Shown here one piece after another: positions 18,019 to 26,290 of a DNA stretch of 64,000 nt (its first letter is position 1; every line of letters begins with the position of its first letter). Under the pieces are notes generated by a model, which saw nothing but the letters and a program-made list of their open reading frames with translations, searched no databases and was not told where the DNA came from. The DNA comes from Clostridia bacterium (GTDB lineage: Bacteria; Bacillota; Clostridia; Oscillospirales; CAG-272): the NCBI GenBank assembly GCA_017446155.1, contig JAFSRI010000045.1, positions 16,704 to 80,703 of the forward strand. The letters are read 5' to 3'. The position numbers and the translations under genes were made by a program.

Positions 18019-18870
18019 ATGAACCTTAACATAACGCACACAACGCTTGAAATAGGTGCAATAGCTCCAATTAAGTTATTGCACATAACCGACGCGCACA
18101 CTTGCTTGGCTTATGACGACGAGGGCGAAAAACTGACAAATCTTGCTCGCAGGCGCGCGGTGAACGCTTTCGGCGGTGTGGGAAATCCTGAAAAAAATTT
18201 TATGGCGTCAATAGAATATGCAAAAAAGCAAGCGGAGCTTGTCGCATGTTCGGGCGATATGTACGATTTTCTTTCCCGCGCGAATTTTGATTTTCTTGAC
18301 GATGCGCTGTCGCAGGTAGACTACATCTATGCCGCCGGAAATCACGATTTTTGTACGGCGCCCGGAGCCGACGTCGAGGACGGACCGTTTAAGGCGAGGC
18401 AGATGAAGCTTGTCGCTCCGCATATTAAAAACGATATGATATTTTATTCAAGGATAATAAACGGGATAAACCTCATTTGTCTTGACGATTCATATTATCA
18501 GTTTTACGGCGGACAGCTCGAAATGCTGAAAAAAGAAGCGGAGAAAGGGTTGCCGATCGTGCTTTTCATGCATAACCCCATATATACAAAAGAGCTTGCG
18601 GAAGAACAAATGAAAAAAGGCGATTGCGCATACGTCGTCGAGCCGCCCAAAGAACTTCGCGCACGTTATCCGAAAGACCGCGCCGATTATCAGCGCGCCA
18701 CGGAAGAAACCGAAAAAACCGTGGAATACATAAAAAATCAACCGCTTATAAAGGCGATATTTGCCGGACACCTGCACTGCAATTTTGAAACTGCAATCGA
18801 CGGTGGCGTCATGCAATATATCACAGGCGGGCTGTTTTTCGGCGACGCGAGAGAAATTACAATAAAATAA
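18019..18870 (+). CDS. Calcineurin-like metallophosphoesterase
   Basis: 283-aa ORF with an AGAGGTG RBS. Motifs in canonical order are LHITDAH, GDMYD, GNHD, and FMHNP/GHLH. Confidence 0.75.
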   Translation: MNLNITHTTLEIGAIAPIKLLHITDAHTCLAYDDEGEKLTNLARRRAVNAFGGVGNPEKNFMASIEYAKKQAELVACSGDMYDFLSRANFDFLDDALSQVDYIYAAGNHDFCTAPGADVEDGPFKARQMKLVAPHIKNDMIFYSRIINGINLICLDDSYYQFYGGQLEMLKKEAEKGLPIVLFMHNPIYTKELAEEQMKKGDCAYVVEPPKELRARYPKDRADYQRATEETEKTVEYIKNQPLIKAIFAGHLHCNFETAIDGGVMQYITGGLFFGDAREITIK

Positions 18871-18891
18871 AAAGGGGCGCGAAGCCCTTTT

Positions 18892-20109
18892 TTATTTTAT
18901 TTCTTTTCCGAGCAGGAAAAACTTTCTGTCCGGGTACCACAGGATGTTTTTCCCATTTTGATGCGTCATTGTGCCGTAAATTGCAAGTTGAATATCCGTG
19001 CCGAATCCGTCCGCGTCTTTTTGAAGTTTCATATACAAACTGCAATCTTCCGTTTTGAATTTGATCGGTTGCGGTGAATCGATCTCGAAATACCCTATGG
19101 CGCAGTAAACCGAGTCGCGCGGCAAATACGGCTTTTGGGGGTCGAAAGCATTGTGATAAAGCTGCATATATCGCCCGTCGCGCAGGTCATATATCGGGCA
19201 AGGCGAAAGCGGGTGAGTAAAAGGCGCACCGCCGTCGAATCGCAAAGGCGACGCCTGCGTCCAGCTTACGCCACCGTCGGAAGAAACCGCATAAAATACA
19301 CTCCCGAGGTTCGTCCTCATCGAGCAAAACAGCCTGCCGTCCGGCAATATTACCCACGCCGGTTCTTCTATGCGCCCTATATTTCCGCTTGGCAGGTAAA
19401 CGTGTATTCCACGTTCATCATCAGGCAGCGTTGTGATTTTCAATTCTTCTATCTCCGGGTCGTCGTCGATATTGTCAAATCGATAAAAATATACGCGGCA
19501 TCCGCCCCGAAAAGCCTCGTCAACACGACGGCTTACATATTTTGTAAAACCTGCAAGATACCGCCCGTCGGGGCCTCGCATCGGAAGTTCATATACAATG
19601 TTATCCTGAATAAATTCATCGCTGTCATACGATGTTTTTCTCTGCGGAATATCGACGCTTTCGCTCCAATTCTCGCCGCAATCGTCGGAATACATCGCGG
19701 CAAAAGCGCCTGTCAGCTGTCTTGAATTATCCTTTACGCCGAGTATCTCGCGGTAATAAAACAGATATATCCTGCCGGATAGCGTTACAATCGGAAATCC
19801 CCACGACGCCTGCGCCACACCCAGCCCTTCCTCACGCGAAACGGCGCGGCTTCCGCAGATGAATTTCGGCTCGGACCACGTTTTTCCGCCGTCGCGGCTT
19901 CCGGCAAAAACAATGTGATTGTTCCCCGTTCCCTCGAATGTGCTCTGCGTCCAGAATGCGAGAAGCCCGCCGTATTTTTCGTGTTCAACAACATACAAAT
20001 GCACGTTGTCGCTCTCGCCTTCAAGCTGCTTCGGAACAAACATCACATAATCGGGCTTTGTCAGTTGTTTCTGCGCCTCGATATACTTTCCGTCATAAAT
20101 CATAGCCAT
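18892..20109 (-). CDS. Asp-box (BNR) beta-propeller protein, sialidase-like glycoside hydrolase candidate
   Basis: Three Asp-boxes are present: SRDGGKTW, SDDCGENW and SSDGGVSW. No signal peptide, and I could not find an N-terminal FRIP motif. I prefer the ATG at 20109 (MAMIYDG), which follows GGGAGA. The track start at 20124 has no RBS. Confidence 0.65.
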   Translation of the reverse strand: MAMIYDGKYIEAQKQLTKPDYVMFVPKQLEGESDNVHLYVVEHEKYGGLLAFWTQSTFEGTGNNHIVFAGSRDGGKTWSEPKFICGSRAVSREEGLGVAQASWGFPIVTLSGRIYLFYYREILGVKDNSRQLTGAFAAMYSDDCGENWSESVDIPQRKTSYDSDEFIQDNIVYELPMRGPDGRYLAGFTKYVSRRVDEAFRGGCRVYFYRFDNIDDDPEIEELKITTLPDDERGIHVYLPSGNIGRIEEPAWVILPDGRLFCSMRTNLGSVFYAVSSDGGVSWTQASPLRFDGGAPFTHPLSPCPIYDLRDGRYMQLYHNAFDPQKPYLPRDSVYCAIGYFEIDSPQPIKFKTEDCSLYMKLQKDADGFGTDIQLAIYGTMTHQNGKNILWYPDRKFFLLGKEIK

Positions 20110-20233
20110 ATTTTTTTCTCCCATGTAAATACTGTTTGACTGTCAAAATTTTTATTAAAGTATTCTCTTTTTTATAAAAACATCGGCAAAAGCAAATTCT
20201 ATCCGCTTATCAAAAAGCAAAGTCGCGCGCTTT

Positions 20234-21853
20234 TTATGTATTGTTCGACGACACAATCTCGCTCCAAGAGGTGATATACGTGTCGTCCATAGGAAGAATT
20301 CCCTCGTCAAGCTCGGCAATATTTGTTATTTTTCCTTCTGTAAAGTCCAAAATACGCTCTCTGCAACTTTCAAGGCGCAGCACGAGTCCGCCGAGGCGCG
20401 CTTCCTGTATTTCAAATCCATACGTTTTGTTTATCTTATACCATTGGAATTTAAAAGCGTCGTAAAAACGGTTTATTCGCTCTATACATTGCGCGTAATC
20501 GTTTTCCGCAAGATTTTTAAGCCCCGCCATATCGCGCGCCGAATAAAGCGCCCTCGTTTTCTTTGCCAAAAGCAGCTTTTTGTTCATCACATCGCACAGA
20601 CGCGCAAGCGTTTCATACATAAAACCGTATCTTTCGCTCTTTCCGGCATGCGAATAAAGCCGCTTGGCATAGTCTGTATACACGTCGGCGTCGGGCGAGG
20701 CAAGATTTGCGCTCATCGCGCCGAAGAATGGATCGTCATAGAGATGGATCTTTGCATAGTTGCATGCGCTGTGCTGAAAATACGGCGACTCGACGGGGAC
20801 GTCATCGCCGTAAATATAGTTGGGCAAGTCCATATCGCAAAAATCGTCGAAATCCTCGCCTGTAATTGCGCGGAATTTTGCCTTCATCTCGGTTTCACTC
20901 ATTCCCTCCGCCGTCGCCGCCGCGTGCATAAGCGCCGGAAGTACAGCCTCGTAAGCGCACTCTCCTCCGTCGTCGCCCCACAACGTGAAAAACGCTTGAC
21001 GAACTCCGTTTTCAACGCACGACGCTATCGCCGTTTCGTTGCGTTTCATGCTGTAACGGTTGTGAGGGGAAAACGTGTTCCAAGTCCACGCGCCACCCGA
21101 AAACCAAACGTCTTTTGAAAGTTTTTTTGCCGAAAGCAACATAGCGTCATATCTTTGCTTGTCAGTGCCGAAATAATCCCAGTGGACGACGCCGCAGTTT
21201 TTCGGCACGTTTTCGGTTATTTCAGGCGGGAAATCTTTTACTTCCGTCGAGCAGAACACCCCCGGAGCAAGACTGAAAAACAGATCTGCCGCCATCATCG
21301 TTTTTTCATAGCCGTATTTTTCGGCTATCTCGCACACGCGCCCAAGGTGTTTCATCAACAGTTCGTATTTATCGGTATATCCGTGCTTGTCGAGGTATTT
21401 TCCAAGCCCGACGTGATGCGCCTCGTCCATTCCTATATGAACGCGCTTTGACGAAAATGTTTTTGAAAGCGTTTTGAATATGTTTTCGATCAGTTCATAC
21501 GTCCTTGGCTCATCTATAAGCAGTATATCGTCTATATCAAAAACGATATTTCTGTATGCTCTCCATTTTTTAAGCGTCCTCAAATGCGCCAGCGTCTGTA
21601 TGCACGGAATTAGTTCTATTCCGACAGAGGCGGCATACCGGTCTATCTCTTTTATCTCTTCTATCGAATATCTGCCGCGTTTATAGCCGAAGTACGGCTC
21701 GTTTTCAACCTCATACGTATCCTCGGTATAAAGCATGGCGGTATTATATCCCATTTTTGATATTGCGCAAAAAAACCGTTTCAGCCCATCAACGTTCGGC
21801 ACAGCGTTGCGCGAGCAATCTATCAATACTCCGAAAGAGTCAAAATTTTTCAT
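20234..21853 (-). CDS. GH20 beta-N-acetylhexosaminidase family protein
   Basis: Typical GH20 catalytic-barrel segments are FGVLIDCSRNAV, ELIPCIQTLAHL and RVHIGMDEAHHVG. I prefer the ATG at 21853 (MKNFDSFG), which follows GGGGGAA. No signal peptide. Confidence 0.75.
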   Translation of the reverse strand: MKNFDSFGVLIDCSRNAVPNVDGLKRFFCAISKMGYNTAMLYTEDTYEVENEPYFGYKRGRYSIEEIKEIDRYAASVGIELIPCIQTLAHLRTLKKWRAYRNIVFDIDDILLIDEPRTYELIENIFKTLSKTFSSKRVHIGMDEAHHVGLGKYLDKHGYTDKYELLMKHLGRVCEIAEKYGYEKTMMAADLFFSLAPGVFCSTEVKDFPPEITENVPKNCGVVHWDYFGTDKQRYDAMLLSAKKLSKDVWFSGGAWTWNTFSPHNRYSMKRNETAIASCVENGVRQAFFTLWGDDGGECAYEAVLPALMHAAATAEGMSETEMKAKFRAITGEDFDDFCDMDLPNYIYGDDVPVESPYFQHSACNYAKIHLYDDPFFGAMSANLASPDADVYTDYAKRLYSHAGKSERYGFMYETLARLCDVMNKKLLLAKKTRALYSARDMAGLKNLAENDYAQCIERINRFYDAFKFQWYKINKTYGFEIQEARLGGLVLRLESCRERILDFTEGKITNIAELDEGILPMDDTYITSWSEIVSSNNT

Positions 21854-21882
21854 TGTGTTCCCCCAGAAAAGCAATATGTCTT

Positions 21883-23334
21883 TTACTCGAATTTAATCGA
21901 GAAGAGTTTTGCGTCCCTCATTCTGAATTTAAGTCTTACGGGCGTCGAAGCAAAGCGCGAAAAATCCTCTCCGTCGGCGAAATAAACCGCCCTGTCTATA
22001 TTGTCACCGTAAATCTCAAAACTCTCGCCGGAAATTTCTCGTCCGTCCTCGTCGAGCACGCTCATAAAAATATATCCGTAAGCCGATGTTGAAAAGTTTA
22101 TATGCGGAATTTTGCCGTCAAACACAATCGGTTTAGTCACAAGCGTCGCCTCATCGCCGCCTGCCATATAGCAGGCAAAACCGTCTTTTCTTATTTCATA
22201 TCTGTTGAGCGGTTTTGAATATCCGAATGAAAAATGGCGGTCTATCGTATAAAGATTATAGTATTCCCTGCCTGAATCTATAAGACCGTATGCGAGGTAG
22301 CAATCGCCGTATATCCAGTTGTGCTCTTCCTCATAACCCGGCGTCAAAAACGCTTCGTTGAATCTATGCCACATCTTTGAATCGCGCGAGCAAATGAAGA
22401 TACAGTCCGTGGCGACGCGCCCGGTGCGGTCTTCAATCGTTTCCGTCGCTTTCTTTTTCGTCAGGTAACTCGTCATCTGCTCCACGTTTTTCGTCCATTC
22501 CTTGCGCTCGCAATATCTTACCGGAAAGCCGATCTTCATTTGCGGGGCGCGGTCGTATATCTGAATATTGTTCGTATACAACGGATAGTCCTTTCCGTCG
22601 TCGAATTCAACAAGTTCAGGCAACGACCAATGCCTGAAATCATCGGAATACATCACGCGGATGTCGCGTGTAGCATAGCTCCACATTTTGCTGTGGCTGT
22701 ATATTTGACTTATATCGAGTATTTCACTGTTGTCAACGCCTATAATATTGTGAAAGCTGCGGTAAAAACAAACGTATTTTTCGCCGTCCCACATGGCGGT
22801 GTTGAGCGAATCGAACGTGCCGAAACGAGTCATCGGGTGAGAAAGCGTAAAACGATAGCCGTCCGAGGAAATATAACAGCAAAGCGCCGTTTTTTCTTCA
22901 CCGTCGGAATATTGAATTTTTGCCACTCCCACCGCTTTGTATTTTTCTTCTTTCGGGCAGGCGGGGTTTGTATCGTAAAAGACAAAAACCCCGTCTTTTA
23001 CTTGATCTATCACAACGTTGTTTTCCGCGAGGTCATTATCAAAAATGTCGAGATGCGGTCTGTGCCAATGAATGCCGTCAACGCTTTCGATCACGCACAC
23101 GCATGGTTTGAACCCTTCCTTTATCCACGGCTGATAGTACATTTTATATCCCGCCTCGTCTTTTACGACGCACGGGTAGCTTATGCTGAACGTTTCGTTT
23201 TTTTGATCGAATTCAAAAACACATTCTTTCTTCGTCGGTTGGATCATACGTGCCGACGCTGTGGTTTTTTCGGTATCCACAAGATAATCGTCCCAGAAAA
23301 CCTGTCTGGTTTTACCTATGTTTACAGCCGCCAT
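21883..23334 (-). CDS. Hypothetical beta-propeller protein, unclassified glycoside hydrolase candidate
   Basis: I moved the start to the ATG at 23334 (MAAVNIGKTRQVFWDDYLV), which follows GAGGT. The track extension to 23466 is AT-rich leader. The protein is beta-strand rich and ends in a beta-sandwich-like tail (VRLKFRMRDAKLFSIKFE), as seen in many GH32/43/130-type enzymes. No family-defining motif recognised. Confidence 0.5.
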   Translation of the reverse strand: MAAVNIGKTRQVFWDDYLVDTEKTTASARMIQPTKKECVFEFDQKNETFSISYPCVVKDEAGYKMYYQPWIKEGFKPCVCVIESVDGIHWHRPHLDIFDNDLAENNVVIDQVKDGVFVFYDTNPACPKEEKYKAVGVAKIQYSDGEEKTALCCYISSDGYRFTLSHPMTRFGTFDSLNTAMWDGEKYVCFYRSFHNIIGVDNSEILDISQIYSHSKMWSYATRDIRVMYSDDFRHWSLPELVEFDDGKDYPLYTNNIQIYDRAPQMKIGFPVRYCERKEWTKNVEQMTSYLTKKKATETIEDRTGRVATDCIFICSRDSKMWHRFNEAFLTPGYEEEHNWIYGDCYLAYGLIDSGREYYNLYTIDRHFSFGYSKPLNRYEIRKDGFACYMAGGDEATLVTKPIVFDGKIPHINFSTSAYGYIFMSVLDEDGREISGESFEIYGDNIDRAVYFADGEDFSRFASTPVRLKFRMRDAKLFSIKFE

Positions 23335-23508
23335 GATATTTACCTCACTTATGCAAATTTTACATATTAAAAATATCATATATCTTCGGATTTTGCAAGC
23401 ATAACGTTCGCGTTGCGGCGATATTTTTGTTTTTATGTTGATTTCGCGGCGTTTCCGTGATATCATTTTATCGGATCATAAACCGATACATCGGAGGATT
23501 ATATTATA

Positions 23509-24819
23509 ATGGAATACATAAGCAGATACGAATATGAAAAATTTGTCGAAAGCACGCGCGAGCAAAGAATGAAATGGTTCAAAGAAGCGCGGCTCGGGAT
23601 GTTCATCCATTACGGGCTTTATTCTCAGCTCGGAACGGGGGAATGGTCGCAGGCAAACGAAAATTACACGGTAAAAGAATATGAGCGGCTGGCAGGATCT
23701 TTTGCTCCGAAAGAAAACTGCTGCGACGAATGGTGCGCTTTGGCAAAAGCGATGGGGGCGAAATACGCCGTTTTCACGACTCGCCATCACGAGGGGTTTT
23801 CCCTTTGGGATTCAAAGGCAAACCCGTATAATTCCGTGAATTTCATCGGGCGCGATCTCGTGAGAGAATTCGTTGACGCGTGCAGAAAGTACGGACTTAA
23901 AATCGGGCTTTACTCTTCGCTTATGGATTGGCATCACCCCGATTCGTGGAAGTGCGCGAACGACGCCGAAGCGCGAAAAAGATTCACCGATTATATTGAG
24001 GCGCTCAACGTCGAGCTTTTGTCGAATTACGGCAAGATCGACGTGCTTTGGTATGACGTTTCCTGCCCGATAACGAGCGCGGAGGGTTGGGATTCGATAA
24101 ACCGCAACTACCGATTGCGCAAGCTCCAGCCGCATATTATTATAAACAATCGCAGTATGCTCGACGAAGATTTCGGCACTCCCGAGGGATATATCTCCGC
24201 CGACGGAAATCACTATTTCGAGTCGTGCCTGACGCTTACCAATCTCGCGTGGGGATACGTCGACGCCGAACAGGCTCATCCTTTCATGAAAACGCCGAAG
24301 CAAATATTGCGCGATCTGCACCTGTGCACCTGCAAGGGCGGCAATCTGCTTCTCAATATTTCTCCCGCGCAAGACGGAAGCGTTCCCGCCGATACGGTCG
24401 AAACGCTGACGACGGTGGGAAACTGGCTGAACGTAAACGGAGCTGCCGCGTACGGGGAAAAATATCCCACGGCGCCCGTTTACAGCGCGAACACGCTTAC
24501 CGCCGTTTCAGCCGATAAAGACCTTAAAACGTTTTATCTGTGGAACTGGGTATGGCCGAAAAACGGCGAGATGCGCTTCGGCGGATATATGGAAGCACCA
24601 AGGAAAATATCTTATCTTTCCAGCGGAAAAGAGATAGATTTCACGTTCGACGGACACAGGATACTTCTCCACGGGCTGCCTCCCTCGCCGCCGGACAAAA
24701 TTTGCGGCGTAACGGTGCTTAAAATGGAATTCGACGCGCCGCCGAAACACAAATTCAGAAGCTATTATCCGCAAATGTGGAGCGGAAACGATTTTTCCGA
24801 CGGGAACAACGAATGGTAA
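23509..24819 (+). CDS. GH29 alpha-L-fucosidase
   Basis: 436-aa ORF with a GGAGG RBS. Family-typical segments are WFKEARLGMFIHYGLYS, AKYAVFTTRHHEGFSLWDS and VLWYD. No signal peptide. Confidence 0.85.
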   Translation: MEYISRYEYEKFVESTREQRMKWFKEARLGMFIHYGLYSQLGTGEWSQANENYTVKEYERLAGSFAPKENCCDEWCALAKAMGAKYAVFTTRHHEGFSLWDSKANPYNSVNFIGRDLVREFVDACRKYGLKIGLYSSLMDWHHPDSWKCANDAEARKRFTDYIEALNVELLSNYGKIDVLWYDVSCPITSAEGWDSINRNYRLRKLQPHIIINNRSMLDEDFGTPEGYISADGNHYFESCLTLTNLAWGYVDAEQAHPFMKTPKQILRDLHLCTCKGGNLLLNISPAQDGSVPADTVETLTTVGNWLNVNGAAAYGEKYPTAPVYSANTLTAVSADKDLKTFYLWNWVWPKNGEMRFGGYMEAPRKISYLSSGKEIDFTFDGHRILLHGLPPSPPDKICGVTVLKMEFDAPPKHKFRSYYPQMWSGNDFSDGNNEW

Positions 24820-24822
24820 ATC

Positions 24823-24864
24823 AAAAAAGCGACGCGTGAAAAACGCGTCGCTTTTTATTTTTTT
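24823..24864 (+). terminator. Intrinsic terminator after the GH29 gene
   Basis: Stem AGCGACGCG (24828-24836) pairs with CGCGTCGCT (24844-24852). It is followed by TTTTTATTTTTTT and preceded by an A-run. Confidence 0.8.
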
Positions 24865-25026
24865 ACGCAAGGTTTTTGCGCGGCTTTCGCTTTCGGGGCT
24901 TTGCCGAAACGGCCCGCCGCGGCATATATTTCAATGCCGCCGAATACGTTAACGATTTTTATGATCACGCACAGCGCTCCCTTCCGACCGTTTCCGTATT
25001 CGGAAAAACGGACGCGGCTAACGCCG

Positions 25027-26091
25027 TCAAATAAAGCTGTTGAATATGATAAGTATTATCAAAAATGCAAAGTTAAAAGCGGAAAATTCAAGAATGTATT
25101 TTAACGCCTTGCCCTTGTTGTGCCTTGTATATTCCCTGAACGTAATAAGGCTTGCAAGCGACGCTATAAGCGTTCCCGTGCCGCCTATGTTGACGCCGAC
25201 AAGCAGTTTTGCGTAGTTTTGTGTAAACTGCGAAAGAAGTATTGCCGACGGAACGTTGCTTATGACCTGACACGACAGCGCGCTGAACACAAGCGTGTTC
25301 TTTTCGAGCACAGCGGAAAATAATCCGCGAACGGCGTCAATTCTGCCCATGTTTCCGGCGAAAATAAAGAAAAATACAAATGTTAAAAGTAACGGATAAT
25401 CAACTTTTTTCAGCGCGTCACGGTCGAGTATCAAAAGTGCCCCGAACACAACAGCAACGCCTATCCAATAAGGTATCACGCGGAAAACGATGATGATCGA
25501 CAATGCGAAAAGCGCTATGTATATAGCCGTTTTCACGGGGGGCAAGGTTATTTTTTCCTCTGCTATCGCAAGTGGCTCGCGCTTAATAAAAATAAAGCAG
25601 CAAACGGTGATAAGCGCCACCGACAGTGCAAACGACGGTGCCATAATGCCGATAAATTCTCCGTCGGGAATATTGAATTTACTGTAAAGATATAAGTTTT
25701 GCGGGTTTCCGAACGGGGTAAGCATTCCGCCGAGATTTGCGGCAATATTTTGCAAAATAAACGTTTTTGCCATGTATTTTTCTTTGCCCGTGGTAGAAAG
25801 AACGATATATCCCAGCGGCAAAAACGTAAGCAGCGCCATGTCGTTTGCAATAAGCATAGAGCCGATAAACGTTATGTAAACGAGGGCAAGGACGCTTGCG
25901 CGCGTGTTTTTGAACAAGCGCACAACGTTATATGAAAGCATATAAAAGAACCTGACGTTTCTCAGCGCGCAAACGACCGCCAACACGCAAAACAAACATG
26001 AAAGCGTTTTAAAATCAAAATAGTTTAAATAGTTTTTGTCCGGCGGAACGATTATCGCCGTAATACACGCCGCCGCAAGCGCGATGAACAT
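25027..26091 (-). CDS. Anion permease of the ArsB/NhaD (citrate transporter-like) superfamily
   Basis: Polytopic membrane ORF. The track start at 26253 lies inside the htpG terminator hairpin, so I use the ATG at 26091 (MFIALAAACITAIIV). No strong RBS, so the start is uncertain. Confidence 0.6.
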   Translation of the reverse strand: MFIALAAACITAIIVPPDKNYLNYFDFKTLSCLFCVLAVVCALRNVRFFYMLSYNVVRLFKNTRASVLALVYITFIGSMLIANDMALLTFLPLGYIVLSTTGKEKYMAKTFILQNIAANLGGMLTPFGNPQNLYLYSKFNIPDGEFIGIMAPSFALSVALITVCCFIFIKREPLAIAEEKITLPPVKTAIYIALFALSIIIVFRVIPYWIGVAVVFGALLILDRDALKKVDYPLLLTFVFFFIFAGNMGRIDAVRGLFSAVLEKNTLVFSALSCQVISNVPSAILLSQFTQNYAKLLVGVNIGGTGTLIASLASLITFREYTRHNKGKALKYILEFSAFNFAFLIILIIFNSFI

Positions 26092-26237
26092 CACCGCATT
26101 CTTTTTTACGAACGCCGCGACGGCTGTGCCCTTATTCTTTGTTTCCGTAAAATTGCCTCCGAAAAAAATGATTTCCGCATTATTATAATACCGTCGGCGA
26201 ATAAATGCAACAATGTTTTGCAAAAAACGACGTGTAA

Positions 26238-26276
26238 CCGAAAAAACCGTCATCCTCGAAAACAGATGACGGTTTT
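26238..26276 (-). terminator. Intrinsic terminator of htpG
   Basis: Stem AAACCGTCATC (26244-26254) pairs with GATGACGGTTT (26265-26275). On the minus strand it is followed by TTTTTTCGG. Confidence 0.75.
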
Positions 26277-26290
26277 TATGTCGTTTTGTC

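Noticed and set aside
26092-26253. Long form of the anion permease ORF starting at 26253.
   Set aside because: That start codon lies inside the htpG terminator hairpin (26244-26275). The extension is not hydrophobic, unlike the rest of the protein.
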